Assembly (NCBI RefSeq): GCF_009914755.1
Contig: NC_060925.1
Direction: 5' to 3' (one strand)
Origin: the human T2T-CHM13v2.0 reference genome, Homo sapiens
DNA length: 64,000 bases
Below the pieces are notes generated by a model. The model saw only the letters and a program-made list of their open reading frames with translations, searched no databases and was not told where the DNA came from. Both the position numbers and the translations under genes were made by a program. Below are positions 18,801 through 36,339 of this stretch, piece by piece; position 1 is the stretch's first letter, and every line of letters begins with the position of its first letter.

Positions 18801-18874
18801 GGGCTCTGCACTGATCTTTATTGCTGGCAGTCTGCTGGCTTGCTGGCAGTCTGCTGGCTGTCATTCTGTGTCCT

Positions 18875-19778
<904 letters not shown>

Positions 19779-20329
19779 TAAATTCTAACCTTGAACCATT
19801 TTTCTTTCCACACAAACATAGGTTTCCCAATGTTCTTGCCCATTTGGAGAATTTCCTCTCACCTCTGCAGTGCAGCTACTGTCCATTTTATGGCTTGCAC
19901 CAGTGTCCTGATCCAACCCAGTCATGAACCAAGCTCAAGCTTTTTCCCACTCTTTCAGTTGGTCATAAGGCAAGCCCACGCAACCACAGGTGTGAGAGAA
20001 GGGAAAGTACTTATGTAACAGTGATGGTCTGATGATGCTGACACTTTGATCTCAGACTTCTAGCCTCCAGAACTGCAAGAAAATAGATTTCAGTTGTTAA
20101 AGCCACTTAGCACAGCTGCCCTACAAACTAATGCAGTCCTTTTCCTCCATTATGGGTCAAGCATGTCCCTAGCAGGGTTATGTTGTAACTTAATCTGGTT
20201 ATTGCCTTAGTGGCAAGGCAGGAAAGTGGGGCTGATCTTGAAAGGGCTCATGTCCCGCGGTGGGGAGGCCTTTTCAACTTCAAGCAAGGAAGGAGCACTA
20301 GCCCTAGGGAGGAGAGGGCCACTTCTCTA

Positions 20330-20925
20330 GGCTCAGAGGGTTCAGGGAAATTTGGGAATTAAAGATTTGGGGGTGCATGAACATAGATGTCCCCATCCCA
20401 TGTGTCAAGATCCCACTCTTTCCCAACTAGCACCCTGTTCTAGGCAGAGCCAACTTGCCAGTAGTAAGAATTTAATCTTCCTTGAGGTCCTGCAACTCTT
20501 ACAATTAAGTCCTGGACCTAGCCCTCAGCTTTTCCTGCTTTCCAGTTGCAGATAAGAGCCTCTTTATTTCTTAATGAGGAGGCCCTTTGGCTTTCATGCT
20601 TAGTTTTTAATTGTCAAATTAATCACTTTCAACCTTTCATTACATTTCTTCAAAATATCAAATAAGCTTAACATCAGCCCACTCATATTTCCCCCATACA
20701 TCTCAAACATCTGATCCACTGAACCTACTAGGGTGTTTCCATCCACCAGAAGATACAGTTCAGCAGCAGTGAAGTTTGAACAATTGCACTTCAGTTGTGC
20801 CAAGGACTGTCTGTGCTTCTTTCTACCACAAGTGTTGATATTCTCATTGCTAGCCTGGAAGCAGGTGGTCCAATACCAAAATCCCATTATAGTGACTGCT
20901 TTCTTGAACCACTCCTGACACTAAC
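20330..20925 (-). mobile_element. ERV-L (HERV16-type) internal remnant with PBS and gag fragment
   Basis: Minus strand encodes RVLVGKEWDLDTWDGDI, an ERV-L gag motif. Leu-like PBS TAGTGTCAGGAGTGG lies next to the LTR. Confidence 0.75.
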
Positions 20926-21365
20926 TGTTGCAGTTGGACTCCTCTGGAAGCATATTCTGAGATGGAGTTTAGTATGTAATTTATTAGAGAGTGCTTTTGG
21001 GACCAATACTTGTGAAAAGAAAGGGACAGAAGCAGGGCAGAGGGAGAAGCTGGGCTGTACTGTAGTTTCAACAAAGGCCTCTGCAGCCCCTCTGGGAAGC
21101 TCTGACGCTGGGATGATCCTTCAGAGTTATCCCAAGTAGGGGCAACAGAGCTGTGCCTTTACATCCCAGCATTGACCAGTGATTGAATGCAGGCTGTCCC
21201 AGAGAGGGAGTGAGACCTTGGTCAGGCCACTCTTTTTCAGTCAAAGTGCCTCCCAAAAAGGACTGACAGCAGAGCTCTCTCTGTCAACAGCACTTCTAGC
21301 ATCCGGTGGATTGTGTCCCTCATTCCTGAAGGATGTCTGGGTGGTACATTACAGCATTAACTATG
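20926..21365 (-). mobile_element. LTR16-family LTR
   Basis: Minus strand ...CTAATAAATTACATACTAAACTCCATCTCAGAATATGCTTCCAGAGGAGTCCAACTGCAACA matches the recalled LTR16 3' end. Confidence 0.75.
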
Positions 21366-21538
21366 TGCCACCAACTTGACATAGTTAGGTCCATTTATTC
21401 TTCAATATTTAGGGATGGCTTTTTTCTCTTTTGATTAAATTTTCTTTAAAAATTTTAAAGATATTAAAATAAATGCCTTTTAGTAAAATAAAAATAAATA
21501 TTAAGTAAATAATAAAATTTTATTTAAATAAAAATAGA

Positions 21539-21830
21539 GGGCCGAGCATGGTGGCTCATACCTGCAATCCCAGCACTTTGGGAGCCTAGGCAGGTGGATT
21601 GCTTGAGCTCAGGAGATCGAGACCAGCCTGGGTACCACGGTGAAACTCTGTCTCTATAGAAAAAAAAAAAAAAAATTAGCCAGGTGTGGTGGCATGCGCC
21701 CGTAGTCCCAACTATTTGTGGGGCTGAGGCAGGAGAACTCCTTGAGCCCAGGAGGCTGAGGCAGCAGTGCGCTGTGTTGCACCACTGCACTGTAGCCTGG
21801 GTGATAAAGTGAGACTCTGTGTTAAAAAAA
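21539..21830 (+). mobile_element. Alu
   Basis: Alu dimer. Confidence 0.9.
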
Positions 21831-22179
21831 ATTAAATAAATAAAAATAGATTTTGCTTAAGTGAATTTTTTAATTATTAAGAACATTTAATAAATAAAAA
21901 TATAAAGCCTAATACTTTCAAAATCTGGCTGCCATCCCTAACCTTTCCTACCCTGGTCTCTCCTTTCCCCTGTAGGTAACCATTTTTATTAATTATCCAT
22001 TTATCTTTCAATTTATATATATATGTAAAATTTTAAACTATAAATACATATACACTTATATACACTCACACTATATTTCTACCCATTTCTTAATCAAAGT
22101 TAGCATGCTATAAACACTGTTCACTTGGTTTTCATTACTTAACAACATGCCTGAAGAGTATGCCATTAAGAGATCTTCC

Positions 22180-22836
<657 letters not shown>

Positions 22837-23446
22837 TAGATATCCCATTGTTTATTTAATCAGCCCCCTAATAAGAGTCTTTTAGATTCTTTCTAATTTT
22901 TGTTATTACAAAGTATCCTGCAGTGAATAACCTTGTGCATAACTTATTTTATTTTTGCAAGTGTTTCCTCAGGATAATGGAAAAAGGTCAATGCAAATGT
23001 CATTTTGCTAGATCTTGCCAAATCCCCCTCCATAGAAGTTTTATCATTTTGCACACACTGGTCACAAATGAGTGCATTCTTCCCCACAGTTGTGTCAGAA
23101 AAACAGGTTGTGCCATTTCAGATTTTTGCCTACTTTATAGGTGGTAAATGGGTCTCAAAATAGACACAATTTGCATTTATCTTATTATGAGCAAGATTGC
23201 TCATGATATATTCATAATATATTTAAATGATTAAGGGCATTTTCTTTTTCTGTAAACTGGCTGTTCATATATTTTGCCCATTTATGTTATTTGTTTTTTT
23301 CTCTATTTTTAGGAGTCATTTATATATTACATTATGAACGCTTTATGATATATTAATATATTGCAAATGTGTTTTTCCTAATTGTCATTTTTTTTTACTA
23401 CATTTATCTTTGTCCCATGGAAATTTTTTTTATGCAGTCAAATTAA

Positions 23447-23800
<354 letters not shown>

Positions 23801-24367
23801 TAATAAGGAAATTCACCCATATTTTCTTATATTATTTTTACGCTTTCATTATTACCTTAAGCTTTCAAATACATTTGATTGATGTGGGGTATAAAGAACC
23901 AGCCTTCTAACTCCAACTCGTGACAAATATAAAGGACCATCCCAGGCTCAGATCTTCCCATAGGGTCTTCAGAGGACTTTGTTGAGACTGCAGTGAAGTC
24001 TAACTCATTATATAAGGAAATAAATCCAATTTCTTACGTTTCCATAGTTGTACCAGCATCATTTATTAAACAGTGCCTATTGCCCCACTGATTTGAGATC
24101 ACATACTAAATTTCCTTATGTTCTAAGGTCTATTTCTGGATTTCTTACCCTGCTGCATTTATCTGTTTATATGCCCAAACCACAGTTTTAATTATAGAGG
24201 TTTTAGAACATGTTTTAATAATATCTCTTAGGGTTAACCCTTCTCTCAGCTATTTCTATTTTTAGAGTAAGAGTATTTCTGGTTATTCTCATTTGTCTTT
24301 TCTTCCATATTAACTTTATAATCAACTTATCTAGTTCTGTAAAAACTCTGATGTTGATTTTATTTGG

Positions 24368-24761
24368 TGCTATGGTTTGACTTATGGATGGTGTACTCTC
24401 CAAATTTCATGTTGAAATGTAATCCTAAATGTGACATTATTAAGACATATGGCTTTTGGGAGGTGATTAAGCCATGAGGGCTCCACACTCACGAATGGGA
24501 TTAGCTCCCTTATGGCTCAGGTTTGAAGGAACATTCTCTTGCCTTTCTGCCATGTGTGGAAACAGCATTCATCCCCTCCAGAGGAGGTAGCAGCAGGACA
24601 ACATCTTGGAAGCAGACAGCAGCCCTTGTCAGACATTGACAATGCTGGTGCCTTGATCTGGGGCCTCCCAGCCTCCAGAACTATGGGAAAATAAATTCTG
24701 TTCTTTGTAAATTACCCAGTCTAAGGTATTTTGCTACAGAAGCACAAACAAACAAAGACAC
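24368..24761 (+). mobile_element. MLT1A-type MaLR LTR
   Basis: TGCTATGGTTTG start; CCAGCCTCCAGAACTATGGGAAAATAAATTCTG...AAAGACA end. Confidence 0.8.
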
Positions 24762-25789
24762 TGGATTGCATTAAATTTATAAATTACTTTATGGGGCACT
24801 GTTATCTTTATGAAATTGAGTCAACTTATCCAATAATGTGGAATGACTTTCTATCTGCTCAAATCTACTTTTGCTTATTTCAGGAATGTTTTATAGTTTT
24901 CCCCATATAGGTTTCACATAACTAATAACTCTAGACTGAGAAATTGTAAAGGATTTAGATTCCATCTTATAGATGAGAAAACTGAGAACAAGAATGACCA
25001 AGTGATGGCTTCAGATTACAGGATTAGCACTGGGACCCCGGTCTTCTAGCTCCCATCATAGTGCTCTCTGCTGTACCACCCTGTAAGCACCCTAGAATTC
25101 TATAGCAGCATCAAGAAAACTAGGAAAATGCTTTGTCATTGTCTTACTTGTGCATATTCTTCCTGCTCTGTTCCTGAACTTTCCAAAATACTTTCTAATT
25201 TCACCAGCTTTGTGTCATGCCACTCTCCCAAGTGCACCCTGGCCAACCTGTCCTTGCCTCTCTGGCTTTAGTGTCTTTCCCTGGAACATTCCTCCTTCCC
25301 TTTCAACTCATGGGGTTTTAGTCAAGTTGTCAGCAAAGTCTGCAGTTTTATCTAGAGGTTCAACTGGGAAAAGATTCACTTCCAAGCTCACTCATGTTGC
25401 TAATGGCAGGATTCAGCTTTTCATGGGCTATCGGACTGAGACCTTCAGTTCCTCTCTGATGGCCAGAAGCCTCTCTCAGTTCCTTGCCATACAAGGCTTC
25501 TCACAGGGCAGCTCACAATATGGTAGCTTACTTCCCTCAGAAAAAGCTAGGGAGAGATGACATCTGAGACAGAAGCCACAGTCCTTTAATAACCTAATAT
25601 TAGAAGTACAATTCCATGACTTTTGATATATTCCATTTGTTAGTCACTAGGTTCAGCCCACACTCAAAGGAGGGGATTACATGAGGGCATGAACACCAAG
25701 AGGCATAGAAGACTTAGGGCCATCTTAAAGGCTGCACACCACACTTTCTGTTACCCTCTAGACCATATCTGGGCACCCTACTAGATGTT

Positions 25790-26085
25790 TTCTTTTTTTT
25801 TTTCTTTTAGACAGGGCCTTACTCTGTTGCCCAGGCTGAAGTGTAATGGCACAATCACAGCTCACTGCAGCTTCAACCTCCTGAGCTCAAGTGATCCTCC
25901 CACCTCAGCCTCCCCAGTAGCTGGGACTAGAGGCGTGTGACACCATGCCCAGCTAATTTTTAATTTGTTTGTAGAGACAAAGTCTGCCTATGTTGCCCAA
26001 GCTGGTTTCAAACTTCTGGGCTCAAGCAATACTTCTGCCTGGGTCTCCCAAAGAGCTGGGATTATAGGCATAAGCCACCCTACTA
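25790..26085 (-). mobile_element. AluJ
   Basis: Reverse Alu with J-type diagnostics; TSD-like CTACTAG.TGTTTTCT. Confidence 0.85.
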
Positions 26086-26145
26086 GGTGTTTTCTTAGCA
26101 CCCAGTAGATCACTTTCAATTACCGCAATCGTAATTAAACAACTA

Positions 26146-27180
<1,035 letters not shown>

Positions 27181-27356
27181 AAGAATGAAAATTCCACAAA
27201 CAATGGGCCCTGTGGGTCTCACCTACAACTAAACCTTAGGTCCAACCACTGTATTTTATACATTGGAAACAAGATATAATTTTTGATTGAAAAACTATAA
27301 GGTAAGCTCAGCAACCCCTGAAAAGAATTATTTGGCTGTTGTCACTACCTCATACC

Positions 27357-27802
27357 TGTGAACCCCGAAAATCTGAGACAGGTCTCAGTTAATTTAGAAA
27401 GTTTATTTTGCCAAGGTTGAGGATGCACCTGTGACACAGCCTCAGGAGATCCTGATGACATGTGCCCAAGGTGATCAGACCACAGTTTGGTTTTACACAT
27501 TTTAGGGAGACATGAAACATCAATCAACATATGTAAGATGAACTTTGGTTCCGTTTGGAAAGGTGGGACAACTCAAAGCAGGGAGAAGGCTTCCAGGTCA
27601 TAGGTAGATAAGAGACAAATTGTTGCATTCTTTTAAGTTTCTGTTAGTCTTTCCAAAGGAGGCAATCAGATATGCATTTATCTCAGTGAGCAGAGGGGTG
27701 ACTTTGAATAGAATGGGAGGCAAGTTTGCCCTAAGCAGTTCCCAGCTTGACTTTTCCCTTTAGCTTAGTGATTTTGGGGGCCCAAGATATTTTCCTTTCA
27801 CA
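27357..27802 (-). mobile_element. MER4A-type solo LTR, complete
   Basis: TGTGAA...TTCACA termini; homologous to 8403-8735. Confidence 0.85.
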
Positions 27803-28970
27803 CACCCAATCTAAATAAAATCTATTTCATGTGTATTTTCCACTAGAAATTCAGGCTCCCGAAGGGCATAGTCTTACTCAGGTGGCAGAAAAACTGTAAT
27901 TACTGCAAATGCCAGGTTTACCATAAACACATCTCTAAATGGAGTTCTCTAGGTCTTGACATAAATAAAAAGGGTTGATTCACACTGAACTTCTCCACTT
28001 CAAAAAGAAACAGAGTAGCAGAAGCACAAACCAGATTGCAGTGGGTTGGGGAGTGAATCACAGATATACAAAAATAGGAGGGACTGCTCTTATCCTGGAC
28101 AGGAGTTTTAAAATCAGTCTTTGGTTAGCAGCATTTTTAGTAACATTTTTATACCATATAGTAACATTTTCATACCTATACTATGAATTATAAAAATAGT
28201 TTAATTCATATTACGGAAAAAATAGGAGTCACTTTGAAGGTATCTTTTACAATAAGCAATTCACAGAAGGGAAATCTGAATGCCACTTTCACATATGAAA
28301 AATGTTTGAACAGTAATGAGAGAAATAAACATTTAAACCACAGTGAATTACCATTTTATACCCAACCAATTGGCAAAAACAAATTTAAAGTTGGAAAACA
28401 CCAACTGTGATGATAATATAGACCAACAAAAACCCTCAAACACTTGTAATGGAGAGACAACACAGCACTGTAGCTGAAAGCACAGACTCTAGAGCCATTG
28501 TGTATGGTTTCAAGTTATTGCTCTACTTCATAACTAGCTGTGTGACTTTGGGCAACTTACATAACATCTTGGTGCCATCTGTGAAACTGGAATGATGATA
28601 ATAGATCCTACCTCGAGAGGACTAGTGTGAGTATTGATGAGTTACTATAACATGCTACATAAGTATTTGCTAGTATTATTATTACTGAAATAGAATAATG
28701 ACTTTAGAGAGCAATTTGACTAGTGCTAATACAGTTGAAGCTGTGCATAGCATACAACCCAGCAATTTTGCTTCTGCGTGCACACCCCAAAGAAACACCT
28801 ACAGGTGTACACAAGGAGGTATATGCAAGAATTTACATTGTAGCACTGTTTGTAATGGAGAAAACTGGAAATAGTCAAAATATCCATCTGCAGAAAAAAA
28901 TGTTTTAAAAAATCTATGGTATATTCATATAATAGAATACTATAAAGCAGTGAAAATAAATAAATTAGTG

Positions 28971-29146
28971 CAGTAGTTCTCAAATTTTACCATGCACTAT
29001 AATCACCTGGAGAACTTGTTAGAACACAGATTACTGGGGCCCACCTTCAGTTTTTGATTCAATAGGTCTGTAATGGGGCTCAAGGGTTAGCATTTTCCAA
29101 GTGATGTTGATGCTGCTGGTCCAGGACAACACTTTGAGAATCACTG
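28971..29146. mobile_element. MER5A hAT-type MITE
   Basis: TIRs CAGTAGTTCTCAAA and TTTGAGAATCACTG; about 176 bp. Confidence 0.85.
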
Positions 29147-29384
29147 AATTGGACCTTCATTGATCAACATGGACAAATCTTACAAACAGAATGTTGAGTG
29201 GAAAATGGAAGTTGCAAAAGAATACATATGCTTTGATACCATTTATGAAAAGTTTTAAAATATGGAAAAGAAATCATTTTACTGCATATGTATATATATC
29301 ACATATACACATGCAGTAAAAATTTTCAATAAGATCACAAAGCTAGTCAGTTACAGGTCTAGGATTTGTACCTATGTGTATCCG

Positions 29385-30153
29385 TGAAATCGCCTTTGCA
29401 AACTGAAACCCCCTTTGCAAAAATTCTATCAGTGAGAAAATTATAGCAGTGGAGGAGATCTGATCTAGCCAAACCCCATCTTGCCTTTAGCTTTCAGTCT
29501 GTCCTTAATTATTCCTGGGCTTAAGCCAAGATAACTTTGGGAGACATTTAGTTTAATAGTTTAAATAATTACAGTCCTTCCCCAAAACTCAATTGCCTTT
29601 GTAAAGCTAATGAGAGACCACCAGACAACGGGGATAGATGAGCCTGAATTCTGTTAAGTGTAGACATAAGTGATTGCCAGCCATTATTCCAGAGGTCACA
29701 AGATATGCAACTTCCCCAATTACTCCTACAGATAACATCACTATTGTAGAATCTAGGATTGGCCTTTTTGGGTATATTTTTAAGTTTTTTGCATGTTTGA
29801 CTACTGATGGCTCCACCTGGACCCACCAACTGTTCCTGTGGCTCCACCCAGAAACAACTCAGTAGGCAGGAGGACCATCTCCCATACCCCTATGACTGCA
29901 CCAGTCAGCAGCAAGCACCCATTGCCTAGCCACCCCTACCCCTTTCCCCAGACTACCTTTGAAAAGAAACCTAGCCCCCAAATGCTCCAGGAGGCCGATT
30001 TGAGTAATAATATAACTGATTTGAGTAATAATAAAACTTCTTCCATTTTTCCACTCGATGTTGTGTAAAACTCTTTCTCCATTGCAATCCCTATACCTTG
30101 ATAAATCATCTGTATCTGGGCAGCAGGCAAGAAGAATCCACTGGGCCACTATA
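29385..30153 (+). mobile_element. LTR8-family solo LTR
   Basis: TGAAA.CGCCTTTGCAAA start; GGCAGCAGGCAAGAAGAATCCACTGGG end; TSD TCCG/TCTG. Confidence 0.8.
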
Positions 30154-30989
30154 TCTGGATCTAAAGGCCATGTATTTTCCACTACAAGCTAATTAACAAG
30201 AGGTATCCTTTCCCCTCAGAAACAACTGGACACACCTGTGTAGATTCTACATAAAGAACAGCTAAAGAAAATCTGGTTAATACTTAGCCTAGTATACTTA
30301 CCAGGAAATCAGCAACAGTCTTTCTCTGATATTCCTGAAATTGTAATCCCCACCTTACACTTGTATCACTTGTTTTCTAAATATTAATATACGGTAAAAA
30401 TCAGGTGGCTGTGTGCTATGGGAAAATCTGGAGGAAAAGATAATTTTAAAAATATACTTTTTTGGCTCTGCTTGCTACTGAAAAAAAATTTTTTTAAGAA
30501 AATATACTCTTCCCTCCTTAACATTAAAGTGAATCCACAGAAGATGTGTTTGGTGAAGTGTCTGGTGGTGAATACTAAGTAGAAAGGGCAGACTAACACA
30601 GCCTTAGAGCCTGGATAAAATCCTGGTGTCCTGAAAGTTTGACCGTGGGAAATCTGGAGGATAAGGTCTATCTCTGGTCTGTCTATCTAACTTCTGCACC
30701 TTGCACATAGTAGAGGCCTGACAGATACATGCCAACCCATGTGTGCATGCAATAATTCAATCCACAATTAGGAACATTGTGCCAAAAGGAGACCCACCAA
30801 CTAAAAAGAAATACAAATTCTTAGCTTTCTGTGACTACCCTTTACTGCCTTTGCTGGCGAAAACAAAGAAGAAAAGAGGAGGCTTCAGTATTCAAATACT
30901 GCCAGTTCCGCAGTGAATTCTAAAAATGGTTACTCTTGGGATACAAGGAACCCCCACGAGGATAAACAACCTTTGAGGTTACCTGAATG

Positions 30990-31800
30990 CCCCAGCAAAG
31001 GGCACGACTACTTCCGGAGCCGCACCGGAACCCCTTGGCGGATTATGTGGGTTCCTGCGGGAACGATTTAAGAATAGGACTACTTCCTGCTTCTGGATAT
31101 GGGCCGGTGAAGGGAAAGGAAATAGCTCTACGAGCGGCATCCTGCCTGCGTTAGCGGCGGTGGAGGAGGAGGCAGAGAGGAGTGGAGGGCGGAGTAGACG
31201 GAGGAGGCTGCTGCAGAGAAGAAAGTGTCAGAGCCGGTAAGTGAGCCAGTCACCTTAGAGCAGGGGACAGCGGACAGCGCCCCAGGGCTCGCTTCGCAGA
31301 TATGTGGTCCCAAGTTGCTGAGCTGCCCCATGGGGTCAGGTCGGTCGCCTGTCAGTCGGCGCCGAGAAGAGACTGTTGGGGCGCTGGGGCCGGGCCTCGC
31401 GGAGCGCCAGAGTGCGCTCTCGCTGGCTGACAGCCTATCTCGGGAGCCAGAGGAGGCCCCGGGCTTTGTCCTGCCTGGTGGTGCTGGGGTTTCGCATCCT
31501 GGACAGCTTCCCCAGACAGTGTTTGGAATTCAGGGAAGGAAGAAAGTACGTGCGCCCCCATTTAACCCTCGGGACCTGGCGAAATCCTGCTACGTGGGTA
31601 GTGAACATTGTATCGGGGACTGAAGGAAATGCTTGTAAAGAGTGTTAGTCTGGAGCCATACTTTCCCTGCCCTGTTCAAGCTCCCTGGACTGTCGGAAGC
31701 GGAGTTGTTTGTAAAGGCAAATGCAGACGCCTCCTCCTCCTGTCACTTCGGGACAAGTTAACAATCTTCAGATTCGTTATTAAAGCCTCGTGTACCCTAT
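30990..31800 (+). promoter_or_regulatory. KLHL20: CpG-island promoter of KLHL20 with ETS motifs
   Basis: Sharp CpG/GC enrichment and no TATA box. ACTTCCGG at 31010-31017, CCGGAA at 31025-31030, GACTACTTCC twice (31006, 31078). Confidence 0.85.
31130..31236 (+). other. KLHL20: KLHL20 exon 1 (non-coding; start approximate)
   Basis: Strong donor CCG|GTAAGT at 31236/31237 within the CpG island. Confidence 0.8.
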
Positions 31801-32201
31801 GTGATCTATCAGGTTAGTACTGCTGTGGGTATCTGGTGCTTGTTCTGTAAATATACTTGATGTCGAGATCACAGTTAAATATCTCCAAGCACTTTTTGAA
31901 GAGAAACAAGACTGACCTAACAGTCGGGACTATTTAGCATACTTTCCCTCACCTTTACTTTAATCGTTTTAGCATGCAGAGTAAGGATGGTAATCTTAAA
32001 TGTACTAGATTAAGTTATTGTGCATCTGCAGAAGGCCTGTGGTATAATAGGATATGAAACTCTTGATAACTGACGAAATGAGTGAAATGATTATATAAAG
32101 ATTGTTACTGTAAAGATCAGAAATAGCTTTTATTAAGTTCCTGCTTTTCTGTTGTCTTAGGTTCGGCTTTAGAGTGTGGTGAAGGGTACTTTTCATGGTG
32201 C

Positions 32202-32224
32202 ATGGAAGGAAAGCCAATGCGCAG
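32202..32224 (+). CDS. KLHL20: KLHL20 exon 2 coding part (exon 32161-32224), MEGKPMR(R)
   Basis: Acceptor TTTTCTGTTGTCTTAG| at 32160 and donor CAG|GTAGGC. Splices in frame to exon 3, giving [21 protein letters not shown], the KLHL20 N-terminus. Confidence 0.9.
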
Positions 32225-34249
32225 GTAGGCATTTAGGAAGAAAACCTTTGGTTTCACTGATTAAAATTCAGCATGTAATAATTTAAATTTTTAAAAAAGA
32301 GTTTCAATCTTACTAAATTCTGCTTGGAACTAATGAGTCTTGTTCTACAATAAATCAAAAGTAATATTAAGAATTAATAGCTTTTTAATAGAATAAAATA
32401 CAGAAGTTGTTTCTGAAAAGTGCTGTGGATTGTATGTAGTGCTAAACACTTAAATTTTCCTTTTTTCATGTTTTTTACAGTAAATAATCATTAAGTTCAT
32501 TATGATACTATATGGATTTATTATAATCTTCAGTTCCCTATAAAATGTAGAGGATTCTGTTCCCATGTAAGAATCATAATTATTTATAATATACTGTACT
32601 GCATGCCTAATTATGGTTTTGGTTATTTCCTTGATGTTCAATCATACATTTGTTCTGTTAATTAAAATAGCTGCATTGTAGGGAAGATTGTATAAGGACT
32701 AAAATAGGTATTAGACATAATAACTTAGTCCATAGAAAAATAGAACAATGTCTGGGAAAATATAGACAATAAATAGGCCCTCCCAACCCTAGAATTTAAT
32801 AATGTTTTTTCTCATTTTGTTCTAACAAATGAGACTAGAATCTTTATGATACAAAATCATCCCAGTTCTATTTCTTTGGTTTTTACATTTGTTTTCTATT
32901 TATTGAACTCTATTTAATCATTTGTTATTTAACATCAAAGATAAACAACTTCTGCAGTTCTTTTAAGAGAAGAAACATTTTATAATGGGAATATGACTTA
33001 TAACTCAGAACTTGGAGCAAGAACCAGAATGTATATCTTTATCCAAATCTGTTATTGGTTTATCAATTGACCTTGAGCTGTTCACCTTCTCTGTACCCCA
33101 GTTTACTTCTTTAGTGTATCTGATCAGGATATTGGGGATTAATGAACATTTGCAAATGCTTTAAGATCTCCAGATGAAAAGATGTTATCAAGATGAAAAA
33201 TACCATTATCTTATTTATATTTTACTCTGTAGTAGGAATAATATTTTACCACAATGTACATGAAAAAATTAACAACATAATATTAAATACTTCATCCCTT
33301 TACTTCTAACATTATTGCAAAACCCACTGATTGTGTCTCATCTCCAGCTACCATAAAATGTCATATCTTATGTAATTGCTAAAATAAGAGCTTATTATTT
33401 TTTAAAAGAATAGCAGAGTGTGGGAATGTTTTTGGTTTATCAGTAGTCTATATAAAATATTTGCTTAATCACTCATACCTGCTCCTTTTTTCTTGCTTTA
33501 TTACATAATACTGTCAGCTATTCAGAATCATGCTGGATAATTCTAGTGCTGTTAATCGTTAAGCTACGGCTCTTTCTTCATCACTGTCACTTGGCCAGAG
33601 CCTAGCCTACTCACATTGGTCTCTGGTCTTACTTTCACCTGCTTCCTACATTCAATCATGGTCACACTTCCCTATCCTTTTCTTATTGGGCTGTCATTTT
33701 TGCTGATTTAACCCAGAAGGCAGTCTCTGTAATGCTGGGTTTATACTCAGTTGCTATTAAAGAAGCTTTGAGAAGTAACTTTTTATATTGAGACTATTTG
33801 AATACATGTTCATTCTGTCTACTAGATTGTGAGCTCTTTTAGTCTCATGTCTTCCTATATTTGCATCACTAGCACCTAACGATTACTGAATAATTGTTTG
33901 AATAGGACTGAACAGTTTCTGCAGACTTTCCCCCTCCAAAAAACAAAAAAAATCTATGAACAAGACTGAAAATTATTGTTAAAGGTATTCTAATTTTTGA
34001 TTATAAAGTTTTATGAAATCAATTGGCATTTTATTAGTAAAGTTTCATTACCTCATTTATTTATGTACTATCATTTGCATAGCACAATGCAAAATTTAAA
34101 AGATACAATAGGATATTCAGTGAAAAGTTAACTCTCCCATTGCTGACCCCAGTTCCCAAAGGCAACCACTGTAAGCAGTTTCTTATGCATTCTTTTAGAG
34201 GCATTGTAGTTCATACACAAATGTATATAAGATGTCTTCTCTTTTCACT

Positions 34250-35832
<1,583 letters not shown>

Positions 35833-36339
35833 TTATGTACATTTTTTTAATTTTGGTGGACATTGACAAATTTTTGCCCTTAGAGTTACACAAATGCATA
35901 GTCTTTACCAACAATATGTTTGTTTCCCAAGATATTAATTTTCAATCATTCATTTTATTAAGAGATACCAAATATTTTGTAATTAATTCTTCCAACTTTC
36001 CTTAAATATATAAATAGAAAACTGAGCTTGATTGTAGAAATTGGTTTATTCATATATCAAACCTTTATATAGTACCACTCTATTCCTGTATATTGTGTGA
36101 TACAGATCAAGTGATGAGAACAGATATAATGATACAGTATTGGCGTGGTACAGTGACTCATACCTGTAATCCCAGCACTTTGGGAGATGGAGGAGGAAGG
36201 AAGATCACTTGAGCCTAGGTGTTCAAGGCTGCAGTGAGCTGTGACTGTGCCACTGCACTCCAGCCCGGATGACAGGGCGAGACTTCATCTCTAAAATATA
36301 ATTAATTAATTAATTAACAAACAATGTTAACAGAATTTT

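Noticed and set aside
31225-31648. ORFs of 90-132 aa in the CpG island
   Set aside because: GC-rich stop-poor DNA crossing the exon 1 donor; non-ATG starts and no recognisable domain.
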